Assembly (NCBI GenBank): GCA_964549735.1
Contig: CAZJWO010000001.1
Span: 18,348-82,347, forward strand
DNA length: 64,000 nt
From: an uncultured Fibrobacteraceae bacterium
Lineage (GTDB): Bacteria; Krumholzibacteriota; Krumholzibacteriia; LZORAL124-64-63
Direction of reading: 5' to 3'
Below are positions 52,316 through 62,133 of the stretch, piece by piece (the first letter of the stretch is position 1; each line of letters opens with the position of its first letter). A program made the translations under genes and the position numbers. The notes under the pieces were generated by a model. The model was not told the DNA's origin, did not search any database, and saw only the letters and a program-made list of their open reading frames with translations.

Positions 52316-53236
52316 TCACAAGGCGGTGGCGGCGCGCTTCTTGTCGGCGATGAAGTGCTCGTACCAGAAGACCAGGATCGGACTGGCGATGAACATCGAC
52401 GAATAGGTGCCGATGACGACCCCGAAGGTCAGGGCGAAGGCGAAATCGTGGATCACCGGTCCGCCGACCAGGTAGAGCGTCAGGGCCACGCAGAACGTGG
52501 TCACCGAGGTCAGGAAGGTGCGGCTCAGGCACTCGTTGATCGAGCGGTTGATCACCTCGCTGTAGCTCTCCTTGCGGCGCAGCCGCATGTTCTCGCGGAT
52601 GCGGTCGAAGATCACGATGGTGTCGTTCAGCGAGTAGCCGATGATCGTCAGGAACGCGGCGATGACCGAGAGCGAGATCTCCAGGTCCAGCAAGGAGAAG
52701 ATGCCGAGCGTCAGGGTCACATCGTGCACCAGCGCCAGGATCGCCGCGACGCCGTAACGGAAGACGAAGCGGAACGAGATGTAGATGACGATCAGCAGCA
52801 GCGACAGGCCGACGGCGCTGGTGGCGGCGGCGCGCAGTTCGCCGCCGACCTTCGGACCCACCGTCTCTTCGCGCCGCATCTCGATCTCGTAATCCGGCAT
52901 CTGCTCGCGCAGGGTGTCCAGCATCATCTGGCTGGCGTCCAGCACTCCCGCCTCCAGGCGCGGGAACGTGATGAGGAACTCGTCCTCGGCGCCGAACTCC
53001 TGCACCTGCGCGCCGGCGAAGCCGGATCCCTCGAGCACCCCGCGCAGCTGGCCGATCTCCGGCACCGGCGCGAAGCGCACCTGCAGGATCGAGCCGCCGG
53101 TGAAATCGATGCTCAGGCGCGGCCCGCCGTGCAGGATCAGCGAGACGATCGTGATCACGAAGAGGACGGCCGAGATCGCGAAGACCGGCCGCATCGCCCC
53201 CACGAAATTGATCTTGGGATCGCGAAAGAACTCCAT
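52316..53236 (-). CDS. secF: Protein translocase subunit SecF
   Basis: MEFFRDPKINFVGAMRPVF… Canonical SecF TM core. A hairpin terminator follows. Confidence 0.9.
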   Translation of the reverse strand: MEFFRDPKINFVGAMRPVFAISAVLFVITIVSLILHGGPRLSIDFTGGSILQVRFAPVPEIGQLRGVLEGSGFAGAQVQEFGAEDEFLITFPRLEAGVLDASQMMLDTLREQMPDYEIEMRREETVGPKVGGELRAAATSAVGLSLLLIVIYISFRFVFRYGVAAILALVHDVTLTLGIFSLLDLEISLSVIAAFLTIIGYSLNDTIVIFDRIRENMRLRRKESYSEVINRSINECLSRTFLTSVTTFCVALTLYLVGGPVIHDFAFALTFGVVIGTYSSMFIASPILVFWYEHFIADKKRAATAL

Positions 53237-53259
53237 GGTCGGTTACAGCCTTTCCGCGC

Positions 53260-54981
53260 TCAGACGCTGACCTTGCGTTGACCCTGCTTGCGGGTCATGT
53301 ATTCCATGATCACCCGGGTCAGGACCAGGGCGGTGAACATGCTCGTGACGATGCCGATCGACAGGGTCACGGCGAACCCCTGCACCGGGCCCGTGCCCAC
53401 GTTCCATAGCACGAGCCCCACGATGAGCGTCGTGATGTTGGCGTCGACGATCGCGCTCGTGGCGTTCTGATAGCCCGACTGCACCGCGGCGCGCACGGTC
53501 TTGGCCTTGCGCAGCTCCTCGCGGATGCGCTCGTTGATCAGCACGTTCGCGTCGACGGCCATGCCCACCGTCAGGATGATGCCCGCGATGCCGGGCAGCG
53601 TGAGCACCAGGCCGAACTGGGCGAGCACGCCCATGAGGATCGCGATGTTGCTGATCAACGCGAAGTTCGTGATCAGCCCCGAGATGCCGTAGTAGATCAG
53701 GATGAAGAGCATGACGAGCAACGAGCCGTAGACGGCGGCGCGCACGCCCTGGCGGATCGAATCGGAGCCGAGGCTGGGGCCGACGGTGCGCTCCTCGGCG
53801 ATGGTCACGTCGGCCGGCAGGGCGCCGGCGCGCAGCAGCAAGGCCAGATCGAAGGCCTCGCTGCTGGAGAACGTGCCCTCGATGACCCCCGAGCCGCCGG
53901 GAATGCGGCTGTTGATGCGCGGCGCGCTCTTGACGCGGCCGTCGAGCGAGATGGCGAGAAAGCCGCCGACGTTGTCCCCGGTCAATTTCGCGAGCTGGCG
54001 GGCTCCCATGCGGTCCATCTCGAAGGCGACGATCCAGTTGCCCGGCCGCTGGTTGTCGGGGCGCTCGCGCGCCATGGTCAGCCGATCACCGGTCAGCGAG
54101 GCCGTCGTCTCGAGCGGATAGAGGAAACGCGCCAGCGTGCCGTCCTGCATGAGTTCGCGGTCCATGCTGAACTGGAACTCGATGTCGCGGCCCGCGAGCC
54201 TGGCCTCGGGCGCCGCGAGCATGCGCTGCAGCTCGGGCACGTCCTTCTCCAGGACGATGAAGTACGGCCAGGACGTCGGGATGAGCCGGCTGCTGAACGG
54301 ATGCTGTTTGCGCAGCGCCTCCCGCTCGTCGACCGTGCCGTCCGCGAGCGGCTCGAGGGCCTCCAGGTCGGCGAAGGGATCGTCGAGCGTGTCGGCCTCG
54401 GCGCCGGCCAGCGTCTCGTCCGGCGACGCGGACTCCCGTGCGGCGACGTCCGTTTCGGACTCGACGCCGGCGGCCGCCGCATCGGCCAGCCGCCGGAACG
54501 CGTCGTCGAGGCGGCCGACAACGACCTGGGTGTCCTCCGGCTTCTTGACGAGGCGGAATTCCAGCCGGGCGGTGCTGCCGATGAGGTCCTTCGCGCGCTC
54601 GGGGTCCTGCAGGCCCGGCAGCTGGACGATGATGCGGCTCTCGCCCACCGCCTGGATGACCGGCTCGCTGACGCCGAACTGGTCGATGCGGTTCGAGAGG
54701 ATCTCGCGAACGCGCGCCCGCGCGTCCTGGATCTGCTCGGCACCCATGTCCGTCGTGTCGATCTCCAGCACCAGGTACATGCCGCCCTGCAGGTCGAGTC
54801 CGCGGCGGATAGCCTTGGCGTCCGCGGCGTCGATCTTCGTCTTGAGCTCCGGGTCGGCCAAGGCGGCCTGGCGTTGCTCCCCCGAGTACGACGCGGCCTT
54901 GAACGTCGGCAACAGCAGGTACACCGAGAACAGGAGGATGACGAGGCAGAGGGCGGCCCTGATCTGCAGGGATCGATTCAT
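53260..54981 (-). CDS. secD: Protein translocase subunit SecD
   Basis: MNRSLQIRAALCLVILLFSVYLLLPTF… Periplasmic P1 domain and a C-terminal 6-TM bundle. Sits 24 nt upstream of secF. Confidence 0.9.
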   Translation of the reverse strand: MNRSLQIRAALCLVILLFSVYLLLPTFKAASYSGEQRQAALADPELKTKIDAADAKAIRRGLDLQGGMYLVLEIDTTDMGAEQIQDARARVREILSNRIDQFGVSEPVIQAVGESRIIVQLPGLQDPERAKDLIGSTARLEFRLVKKPEDTQVVVGRLDDAFRRLADAAAAGVESETDVAARESASPDETLAGAEADTLDDPFADLEALEPLADGTVDEREALRKQHPFSSRLIPTSWPYFIVLEKDVPELQRMLAAPEARLAGRDIEFQFSMDRELMQDGTLARFLYPLETTASLTGDRLTMARERPDNQRPGNWIVAFEMDRMGARQLAKLTGDNVGGFLAISLDGRVKSAPRINSRIPGGSGVIEGTFSSSEAFDLALLLRAGALPADVTIAEERTVGPSLGSDSIRQGVRAAVYGSLLVMLFILIYYGISGLITNFALISNIAILMGVLAQFGLVLTLPGIAGIILTVGMAVDANVLINERIREELRKAKTVRAAVQSGYQNATSAIVDANITTLIVGLVLWNVGTGPVQGFAVTLSIGIVTSMFTALVLTRVIMEYMTRKQGQRKVSV

Positions 54982-55151
54982 AGCGGATCTCCCGGCACCT
55001 TTCGGACCGAACCGGCAGCCGGCTCGGGGCAAAAAAAAACAACCCGGCGCGCCGACGCCCGGCCGCGACCGCAGCCGGACCACGCCGAAAAAGCCGGCTG
55101 CAATGATAACACACCGCCCGTCGCCGTGCCAGAACGAGCTGAAGGTTGCCG

Positions 55152-56573
55152 TCAACCGCCGCCTTGGCCCCTGTCGACCTGCAACGCCAGCAGCTCCGAG
55201 AGCGTCACGAAGACGACGCCTGCGGCCTGCAGGCGCGGCAGCTCCTGGCTGAGGACCTGCAGCGTGGCCGGGTGCGGATGGCCGATCCCCACGCCGAATC
55301 CGGCCGTCCTGGCGCTCTCGACCAGGCTGTGCAGATTACGGCGGATCCGTTCATCGTCCTGGTGGTCGTGATCAAGGAAGATGCGGTTGCGCACCGCCGG
55401 CAGCCCGGCCGCGCGGGCGGTCCGGTACGCGACCGACGCGGCGGTCGTCAGGCTGTCCAGGAACAGGAGGTCGCGAGCCTTGAGTTCGGCCATCAGCGCC
55501 TGCATGGTCGGCTCGTCGGCCGTGGCGGCGCTGCCCATGTGGTTGTTGACCCCGCGCACGCCGGGCAACGACTGCAGACAGTCGTCCAGCAGAGCCCCGA
55601 TGCTCTCGCCGGACATGCCGATCAGGACCGCGCGCGATCCCGGATCGACCGCCGGATAGCCGTCCGGCTGCATCGGCAGGTGCAGCAGGATCTCGCGGCG
55701 GCGCTGCGGCGAACGTGAGGGATCCGGACCTATGCCCAGCGTGACGGGACAGCCGGCGGCGAGCCGCTCGGCGACAGCCGATTCGTGCCGCCCGCCGTCG
55801 CCGATGCCCGGTGGCAGGACGAGCTCGGTCGCTTCCAGGGCGAAGCGCCGCGAGTACGCCAGCCCCGGCAGCACCGAGAGGGTCAGCGGCGCGTCGAGGC
55901 TCAAGAACCCGCCGCTGGTCCCGTCTTGACGGTAGCCCAGGTCGTCGATGACCAGAGCGACCACCGGCCCGGAAGCCTGCGCCCGGAGTTGGCGCCAGGC
56001 GTTGGTCTGCGGATCCTGTCCCCAGCGGACCTCCGGACGCGCCGTCGCCCGGTTGTACAGGACCAGGGTGTGCGTCGCGCGCCCGGACCGGCCGACATCC
56101 AGCCGCAGCAGGTCGCGGCCATGGGCGGGTCGTCGCGCGTCGCGCGCGCCCGCGCGTCGCGCGAGGCGCTCTCCCCACAGCACCTCGCCGCCGGCTGCCT
56201 GCAGTTCGACGGCCACGCGCCGCTGCACCTCCCACCACGTCGACCCATCGTCGACCGGCACGACCGCGCAGCGGATCGCGCCGGCGGGCCCCGTGCCGTC
56301 CACCGGCCACGCCTGCGCGTCGGCCGCCACGAGGGCGGCCGCCAGATCGGGCAGCGCCGCGCCGAGGGCCAGCTCGACTGCGGCCTGGACGTCGCCGTAG
56401 CTCTCGGTGGTCATAGACGGCGGCCGCGCGGTCCGCTCGCGGCCGGTGCGGAGCCAGAGCAGCGCGCAGATCGCCGCCAGGGCGGCGAGGCCCGCCCAGA
56501 AGACGAAGCGCCGGCGGCGGGATGATGCCCTGCGCGGGCGGCGAACGGTGGCCAGGGGATCCCTCCCACACAC
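55152..56573 (-). CDS. Divergent polysaccharide deacetylase (YibQ family), membrane-anchored
   Basis: Motif LVIDDLGYRQD…HMGSAATAD…. TM anchor FVFWAGLAALAAICALLWL. A GTG start is inferred, since no in-frame ATG is available. The upstream 200 codons of the track ORF are junk. Confidence 0.65.
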   Translation of the reverse strand: MCGRDPLATVRRPRRASSRRRRFVFWAGLAALAAICALLWLRTGRERTARPPSMTTESYGDVQAAVELALGAALPDLAAALVAADAQAWPVDGTGPAGAIRCAVVPVDDGSTWWEVQRRVAVELQAAGGEVLWGERLARRAGARDARRPAHGRDLLRLDVGRSGRATHTLVLYNRATARPEVRWGQDPQTNAWRQLRAQASGPVVALVIDDLGYRQDGTSGGFLSLDAPLTLSVLPGLAYSRRFALEATELVLPPGIGDGGRHESAVAERLAAGCPVTLGIGPDPSRSPQRRREILLHLPMQPDGYPAVDPGSRAVLIGMSGESIGALLDDCLQSLPGVRGVNNHMGSAATADEPTMQALMAELKARDLLFLDSLTTAASVAYRTARAAGLPAVRNRIFLDHDHQDDERIRRNLHSLVESARTAGFGVGIGHPHPATLQVLSQELPRLQAAGVVFVTLSELLALQVDRGQGGG

Positions 56574-56626
56574 GGGCTCGCGTCGGTCCGGCGAGGCGGC
56601 GCCGCGCCGCGTCGCCCGCCGGCGAA

Positions 56627-57196
56627 CTACGAACCGCCGAACGTGTAGTCCTCCATGCCGAGATACCGGAAGCAGGTCTCGCCGTCGGCCGTCTCGGTCT
56701 TGACGTAGAAGCGGACGGGGCCCTGGACCCGGAAACGCAGGTTCTGGCCAGCCACGTAGAAGTTGAAATCGACCAGGTAGTCCCGGTAGAGGCTGTTGGG
56801 ATGGCCGCCGAAGTTCTCGTCGTTCGGATCGGTGCTCTGCCAGACGCCCTGCGGATCGAGCCGGTCGATCGTGATGTTGCTGATCGAGATGCCATCGGTG
56901 CCCGCCAGACCGGTGAACATCTTGTAGGTGCGGTTGATCTCTTCGTCGTAGCCATAGGTCTCGGTGCGATCCTCGGTGACGAAGATGAAGTCCCGGCTGA
57001 GGATCTCGCGGTACGCGTCGATGTTGCGCGCGGTGTACACCGTGCGGAAGACCTGCATGAGTCCGTCGGCGGTCTCCGGACAGGTATCGATCGGCGGCGG
57101 CGGCGGCGGCGGGTTGTCGTCCTTCGGCGGCGAGAAGATGCAGCCTGATGTCAGGCAGCCGATCAACGCCAACAGGACCAGCGAGCGGATGAGCAT
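56627..57196 (-). CDS. Lipoprotein, paralog 1 (190 aa)
   Basis: RBS gaggagga. Lipobox LIGCLTSGC. A Pro7 linker. Ends …YLGMEDYTFGGS. Confidence 0.65.
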   Translation of the reverse strand: MLIRSLVLLALIGCLTSGCIFSPPKDDNPPPPPPPIDTCPETADGLMQVFRTVYTARNIDAYREILSRDFIFVTEDRTETYGYDEEINRTYKMFTGLAGTDGISISNITIDRLDPQGVWQSTDPNDENFGGHPNSLYRDYLVDFNFYVAGQNLRFRVQGPVRFYVKTETADGETCFRYLGMEDYTFGGS

Positions 57197-57438
57197 GGAC
57201 GTCCTCCTCGAGTCGGACCCGCACGGGGCCGGCGCCACGGACCGCCGAACGGTCCTCGACACCAAAACAGCGCTATTCTGCAACACGTTAGCCTGGTATC
57301 GCGCCGTCCTCCCGACCCGTAGGATGTCGCTCGCGTTATCGACCCCGTCCATCATGATAGCAAAAAATACGCCCCCGGCGCTAGCCCCAAATCGATCACC
57401 GCCGCCTCGCCGACGCCAACCCTCGCTTTCCGAACAGG

Positions 57439-58062
57439 TTAGGAACCGAACGCGCCGCGCAGACGCCCCATGGTCTCGAGGGTAGCGCCCGAGACCGGGT
57501 CCTCCTCCCCTTGCTGATCTCGCCAGTAGGAGAGGTAGTAGTAGCTGCCCTCCAGGGTAAATTGCAAGACCGCCGAGGCGCGGTAGCGGGTCTGCGATCC
57601 GGTCTGGCTGTCGGTGATGGTCAACAGGTAGATGATCTCCCATTCTGCCAGGCCGCCGGCGCCATCGGGCGTATTGATGTCCGTGTCGCGCAGGTTGGCC
57701 TGGATCTGGACCCCGCTCGCGAACCAGCTGCTGATGAAATTCATCTCCTGGCTCTTGCCCCACTGCGACCAATCGATGCCGGGATAGGCCTGGACAGTCT
57801 CGCTGTCCGGCTCGTAGACGAAATCCTGCGACAGGGCGGTGTCCCAGCCGCCGGCATCCCGGTTGACGAGCGCCAGGCGGCAGTTCTCCCAGACGTTGGC
57901 GGCGTTCGAGCGCGGCAGGTAGTCGATGGCCTGCGTGGTCGGCGGCTCGGGATCGCGCACGTCGAAGATGCAGCCGCCGAGCAGCGGCACCAGCGCCACG
58001 CAGAGCAAGGCGGCGCGCCGGCGCGGGTGGCGGCGGCGATCGCGGCGGCGGACTCCGCTCAT
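57439..58062 (-). CDS. Lipoprotein, paralog 2 (207 aa)
   Basis: RBS aaggagga. Lipobox LLGGC followed by IFDVRDPEPP. Ends …GRLRGAFGS. Similar layout to 56627..57196. Confidence 0.65.
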   Translation of the reverse strand: MSGVRRRDRRRHPRRRAALLCVALVPLLGGCIFDVRDPEPPTTQAIDYLPRSNAANVWENCRLALVNRDAGGWDTALSQDFVYEPDSETVQAYPGIDWSQWGKSQEMNFISSWFASGVQIQANLRDTDINTPDGAGGLAEWEIIYLLTITDSQTGSQTRYRASAVLQFTLEGSYYYLSYWRDQQGEEDPVSGATLETMGRLRGAFGS

Positions 58063-58076
58063 GGACCGGTCCTCCT

Positions 58077-60308
58077 TCAGAAAGACCATTTCAAGCTCAC
58101 GTCGGCCTGCCAGTAATCCTTGCTGGTATCCGTCACGTTCGGACCGTAGGCCAGGTAGCGCCGGACGCTCGCGTCGACATGCAAGGGGTTGGCCTGCGGG
58201 CCCCAGCGGCGATTGAACACGGCGCCGATCCAGAGTTCCCCGCTGTAGCGTTCGGTGGTCGTCGACGACGTCGGGCCGAAACGCTCCACGGTGTCGCGCG
58301 TGCGGTACGTGGCCGTCTGGAACTTCAGGTATTCGCGCGGCGACCAGGAAGCTGCCGTCCATGAAAAGCCCAGCTCGACGCGGCTGATGGTCTGATCCTG
58401 ATCGCGGCGGTAGTACCTGTTGCCGGCGGCGTCGCGCACCGTGCGGGTGCCGTTGTAACGCTCGTTGTGGTCGTGCTTGATCGTCACCTCGAGGCGGTCG
58501 TTCGGCGTCATCTTGAGGCTCGTCGCCAGACTGCCGCGCTTGTTGAAGCTGTCGTTCTTGTTGACCGTCGGCAGATCCGCATAGTCGAAATCCTGGAACT
58601 GGATGTACATGCGGAAGGTCTGCGCCAGTTCGAGCCGCGGGTTGAAAAAATAGCGGTACCCGGGAGCCACCTCGAAGGTCCGTTTGCGATCGTTGTTGGC
58701 GGAGCGGGAGGCCCGGATGCTCACGTCGTGGATCGATTGGTATTCCGCCACCAGCATCGCCCGGAAACGTTGGCGCCAGAACGCCTCGAGCCGCAGGCGA
58801 CCTTCCTCGGTCAGACGATCGCGGTCGTTCTCGTTGAAGATGTTCTGGGCGATGTCCTGGGCCAGTTCGGTGCGGTAGCGGCCGCTGATCGTCGTGTGCT
58901 GGAAGAGACGGCGCTGCCAATCCAGGCTCACATCGCGCCGCTTGCGATACTGGCGGCCGCGGAAGGCCGTGGCGTCGGCGAACCGCTGGTCGTCCCAGTT
59001 CCATTCGTAGATGTAGCCGATGGCGAACGAGTCCCGGCCCACCGGGACGATGAACTGCAGATCCATGGCCTCGTTGCTGCGTTCGCGGCGCCCGACCAGG
59101 CTGCGCGCATACTGCTGCCTGTCGACGCTGCGCCGCAGCCGGGCCGAGGCCTGGTAGCGCCCGCGCTTGATCGTGTTGTCCCAGTTCAGGCTGAGCGCGT
59201 CCTGCTCCTCCAGCTCCTGCACGATCTTGCTGACGCCCTCCGGCAGGTTCGTCGTGTCGATGAGACCGTTGCTGTTGCGGCGGAAATCGAGGTACCGCTT
59301 GTCGAAGCTCGCGCGCGTGATCGTGAACTGCCCCTGCAGGGGAGGACGGTTGTAGTAGGCTCCCGCGCCGAGGCTGTCGCCGGTGGCGGACGAGGGACTC
59401 ACGAAATCCGCCAGGTTGCTCTCGCCGTCGCGGCTGATCCGGTACAGGCGCGTGGCCAGGTTCAGTCCTTCGGCCACCGCCACGCCGCTGCGCACGGCGC
59501 CGGACAGCTCCCCTTCCTGGAAGTCGTTGCGCTGCTGCTGGTTGATCGCTTTCTGGTCATTGAAGAACCAGTCGGCTTGCAGGTTGTGGCGCACGGGTCC
59601 CGTCATCGCCTCGGACTTGCTCGCCGAGATGCCGGCGCGCCGCATCTCGCGCCGGTTGACGTTCGTGTTGCCGGCGGCGTTGGTCGTCAGGTCCTCGGAC
59701 CAGTTCGTACCGGCTTGCATGCTCAGCCGGAACGGCAGCAGATAGCCGCTCTCGTAGTTGCCCCGGGCGCTGCGCGACTCGGTGGTCTTGATCTGGCGCC
59801 GAAAACTGTCGTAGCTCCAGGCGAGGTTGTCGCTGAAGACGCCGCCGCCGGCGACTCTGACCGAATTGGTCAAGCCGCCCTTGTAGTTCACCTTGGTCAC
59901 CGTCGCCTGGACGCCGCCGTCGACCGTGTTGCTGAGATCGTAGAAGATGCTCGGCGCCGGGCCCGGACGGATCTCGATCTGTTCCTGCAGCGCCTCGAGC
60001 GAATCGCGCAGGGCCGCCTGCACCGCGATGATCTCTTCGACATCGTAGCCGTCGGCCGCCATGCTGTCGGCCACGGCGGCCAGGCGCTCCTCGATCTCGA
60101 TCTCCGTCAGCTGCAGGTCCCGCGCGCCGCGGGCGAGGTCCGCCAGCGAGGACGCGGGCGCCGTGACCGTGTCGGGCGCGGCGGCGGAGGTATCCGGAGG
60201 CGCGGTGGCAGGCGCCGACGCCAACGCCCGACCACCGGTGGCGACAGCCAGCCAGATGGCGGCTCCGAGCCCGGCCCAGCGCAGGCTGCGGCCAGCTGGC
60301 GCCCTCAT
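58077..60308 (-). CDS. Large beta-barrel outer membrane protein (743 aa), possibly LptD-like given its linkage to ksgA
   Basis: Signal peptide MRAPAGRSLRWAGLGAAIWLAVATGGRALA. About 650 aa of alternating beta-pattern. C-terminal …DVSLKWSF. ATGA overlap with ksgA. Confidence 0.7.
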   Translation of the reverse strand: MRAPAGRSLRWAGLGAAIWLAVATGGRALASAPATAPPDTSAAAPDTVTAPASSLADLARGARDLQLTEIEIEERLAAVADSMAADGYDVEEIIAVQAALRDSLEALQEQIEIRPGPAPSIFYDLSNTVDGGVQATVTKVNYKGGLTNSVRVAGGGVFSDNLAWSYDSFRRQIKTTESRSARGNYESGYLLPFRLSMQAGTNWSEDLTTNAAGNTNVNRREMRRAGISASKSEAMTGPVRHNLQADWFFNDQKAINQQQRNDFQEGELSGAVRSGVAVAEGLNLATRLYRISRDGESNLADFVSPSSATGDSLGAGAYYNRPPLQGQFTITRASFDKRYLDFRRNSNGLIDTTNLPEGVSKIVQELEEQDALSLNWDNTIKRGRYQASARLRRSVDRQQYARSLVGRRERSNEAMDLQFIVPVGRDSFAIGYIYEWNWDDQRFADATAFRGRQYRKRRDVSLDWQRRLFQHTTISGRYRTELAQDIAQNIFNENDRDRLTEEGRLRLEAFWRQRFRAMLVAEYQSIHDVSIRASRSANNDRKRTFEVAPGYRYFFNPRLELAQTFRMYIQFQDFDYADLPTVNKNDSFNKRGSLATSLKMTPNDRLEVTIKHDHNERYNGTRTVRDAAGNRYYRRDQDQTISRVELGFSWTAASWSPREYLKFQTATYRTRDTVERFGPTSSTTTERYSGELWIGAVFNRRWGPQANPLHVDASVRRYLAYGPNVTDTSKDYWQADVSLKWSF

Positions 60309-61300
60309 ACCAGCCGCCTTGCGGCCAGCTGCCCAGCCAGCAGGCGCCAGGTCGCCGCCGCCAGCTGCTCCGGCCGCTGGCTCGCCTCGCACCCCGCGGC
60401 GCGCATCAGATCGGCCAGTTCGGCGTCTTGCAGGCCGAACTGGCGGCGCAGGGCCGTGCCGAGCTGCTTGCGCCGGTGCTGGAACAGCATCTTGACCGTC
60501 GCCAGGAAGGCCCGATACTCGGCGGCCGGCCAAGCGGAAGACGGCACGAGGCGGACCACGGCCGATGCCACGTCCGGCTGGGGCCAGAAGACCTCCGCCG
60601 GCACCGTGCGCTGGAGCGTGACCTCGAAGAGCGATCCCATGATCACGGCCAGAACCCCGTGGTCGCGCCCGCCTGGCCGCGCGGTGAGCCGATCGGCGAC
60701 CTCCTTCTGGACCATGAGCACGGCTCCCCGGATCGCGGTCTGCTGCTCGGCCAAGGCGAAGAGGACCTCGCTCGTCAACACGTAAGGCAGGTTGCCGGCG
60801 ACGACCGGCCGGGGACCGGCCTGCGCGAGCACCGCCGGCCAATCGAGCCTCCCCAGATCGCCCTCCAGCAGCGCAAACCCCGACCGCGCCGCGAATTCTT
60901 CCCGCAAGAGTGCGCAGAGGCGGCGGTCGACCTCCAGCGCCGTCACGTGCTCGCAGAGATCCAAGAGGGGCAGGGTCAGAGCGCCACCGCCGGCCCCGAG
61001 CTCCAGGACGCGCGGGCCGAGAGCGGACACGTCCGCGGCGATGGCGCGGGCCAGGTTGCCGTCGACCAGGAAATGCTGCCCGCGCCGTTTCACGGGCCGG
61101 ATCTCGTGTCGTCGCAACAGGGCGCGTTGGCTCTCGATCACCGTCACTCCGGATCGACCCGGCGCCTCGGCGCCGGAAAACCGCCGCGAGGCGCGGGCCT
61201 CGCCCGGGGCTCTCCCGCACGGGATCGACTGGAAATCCAAGGACATGAGCTTGGCGGCGCGGCGATGTCCTCCTGCGCGGAGAGATTCTCGGTCGCTCAT
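60305..61300 (-). CDS. rsmA: 16S rRNA (adenine1518/1519-N6)-dimethyltransferase RsmA/KsgA. The N-terminal extent is uncertain.
   Basis: Motifs GQHFLVD…VLELGAGGGALT…VAGNLPY. ATGA coupling with tatD puts the start at 61300. Alternative start at 61246. Confidence 0.8.
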   Translation of the reverse strand: MSDRESLRAGGHRRAAKLMSLDFQSIPCGRAPGEARASRRFSGAEAPGRSGVTVIESQRALLRRHEIRPVKRRGQHFLVDGNLARAIAADVSALGPRVLELGAGGGALTLPLLDLCEHVTALEVDRRLCALLREEFAARSGFALLEGDLGRLDWPAVLAQAGPRPVVAGNLPYVLTSEVLFALAEQQTAIRGAVLMVQKEVADRLTARPGGRDHGVLAVIMGSLFEVTLQRTVPAEVFWPQPDVASAVVRLVPSSAWPAAEYRAFLATVKMLFQHRRKQLGTALRRQFGLQDAELADLMRAAGCEASQRPEQLAAATWRLLAGQLAARRLV

Positions 61301-62133
61301 TCTAGCGACCGGTCCGTCGCCGCGTCAAGCGCGCCCGCCGCGCGCCCGAACAAGCGGTGGAAGTTGGCGGTCGTCTGGGCGGCGAGGTCGGCAGGTGCGA
61401 TGTCCAGCAGCCGCGCCAGCTCGTCGCGCGTGTGGACGAGGTAGGCCGGCTCGTTGCGCCGCCCTCGCCAGGGCACCGGCGGCAACCAGGGCGCGTCGGT
61501 TTCCAGCAGGATGTCCCGGGGCGTGACGCCGGCCGCGGCCAGCACCTCCGGCAAGCGGCTGCGCCGGTAGGTCACCGGTCCGCCGATGCCGAGCAAGCAG
61601 CCGTGTTCGCGCGCCCAACAGGCGTGCGCGACATCGCCGGCGAAGCTGTGCAGCACCGCGCCGCGGGGAGGCAATCCCACGGCGTCGAGCACGGCCAGCG
61701 TCTCGTCGTACGCATCGCGGATATGCAGGACGACCGGCAGGTCGAGATCGACGGCCAGCTCGAGCTGGGCAGCGAAGGCGACGCGCTGCGCCGGCCGCGG
61801 CGAGAGATCGCGATAGAAATCGAGCCCGATCTCGCCGATCGCCACGAGCCGGGGCGAGCGGGCCGCCTCGCGCAGCGCAGCCAGGGTGCGGCGGCCGTCG
61901 GCCGTCAACTCGCCGCCGGCGTCGGCCAGCGCCGACGCATCATGGGGATGGACGCCGGCGGTGGCCAGGATGCGATCGTTCGCCGCGGCCAGCGCCAGCG
62001 CCTCGTGGCTGCTCGCCAGATCGTAGCCGACGCAGAGGAAGCCCTGGACGCCGGCGACTGCGGCCCGCATCAAAACGGCGTGTCGGTCGTGGGCGAATTC
62101 CGGACGGTAGAGGTGCACGTGGCTGTCGATCAT
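61297..62133 (-). CDS. tatD: TatD-family metal-dependent hydrolase
   Basis: Product begins MIDSHVHLYRPEF, with GEIGLDFY and LPVVLHIRDA motifs. Confidence 0.85.
   Translation of the reverse strand: MIDSHVHLYRPEFAHDRHAVLMRAAVAGVQGFLCVGYDLASSHEALALAAANDRILATAGVHPHDASALADAGGELTADGRRTLAALREAARSPRLVAIGEIGLDFYRDLSPRPAQRVAFAAQLELAVDLDLPVVLHIRDAYDETLAVLDAVGLPPRGAVLHSFAGDVAHACWAREHGCLLGIGGPVTYRRSRLPEVLAAAGVTPRDILLETDAPWLPPVPWRGRRNEPAYLVHTRDELARLLDIAPADLAAQTTANFHRLFGRAAGALDAATDRSLE

Noticed and set aside
55152-61220. Long N-terminal extensions of track ORFs (55152..57224, 57439..59004, 58077..61220) and internal ORFs 55372..56955 and 60428..61444
   Set aside because: The extensions are poly-Arg/Pro/Gly read-through in high-GC sequence. 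Real starts were set at signal peptides with RBSs (56573, 57196, 58062, 60308).
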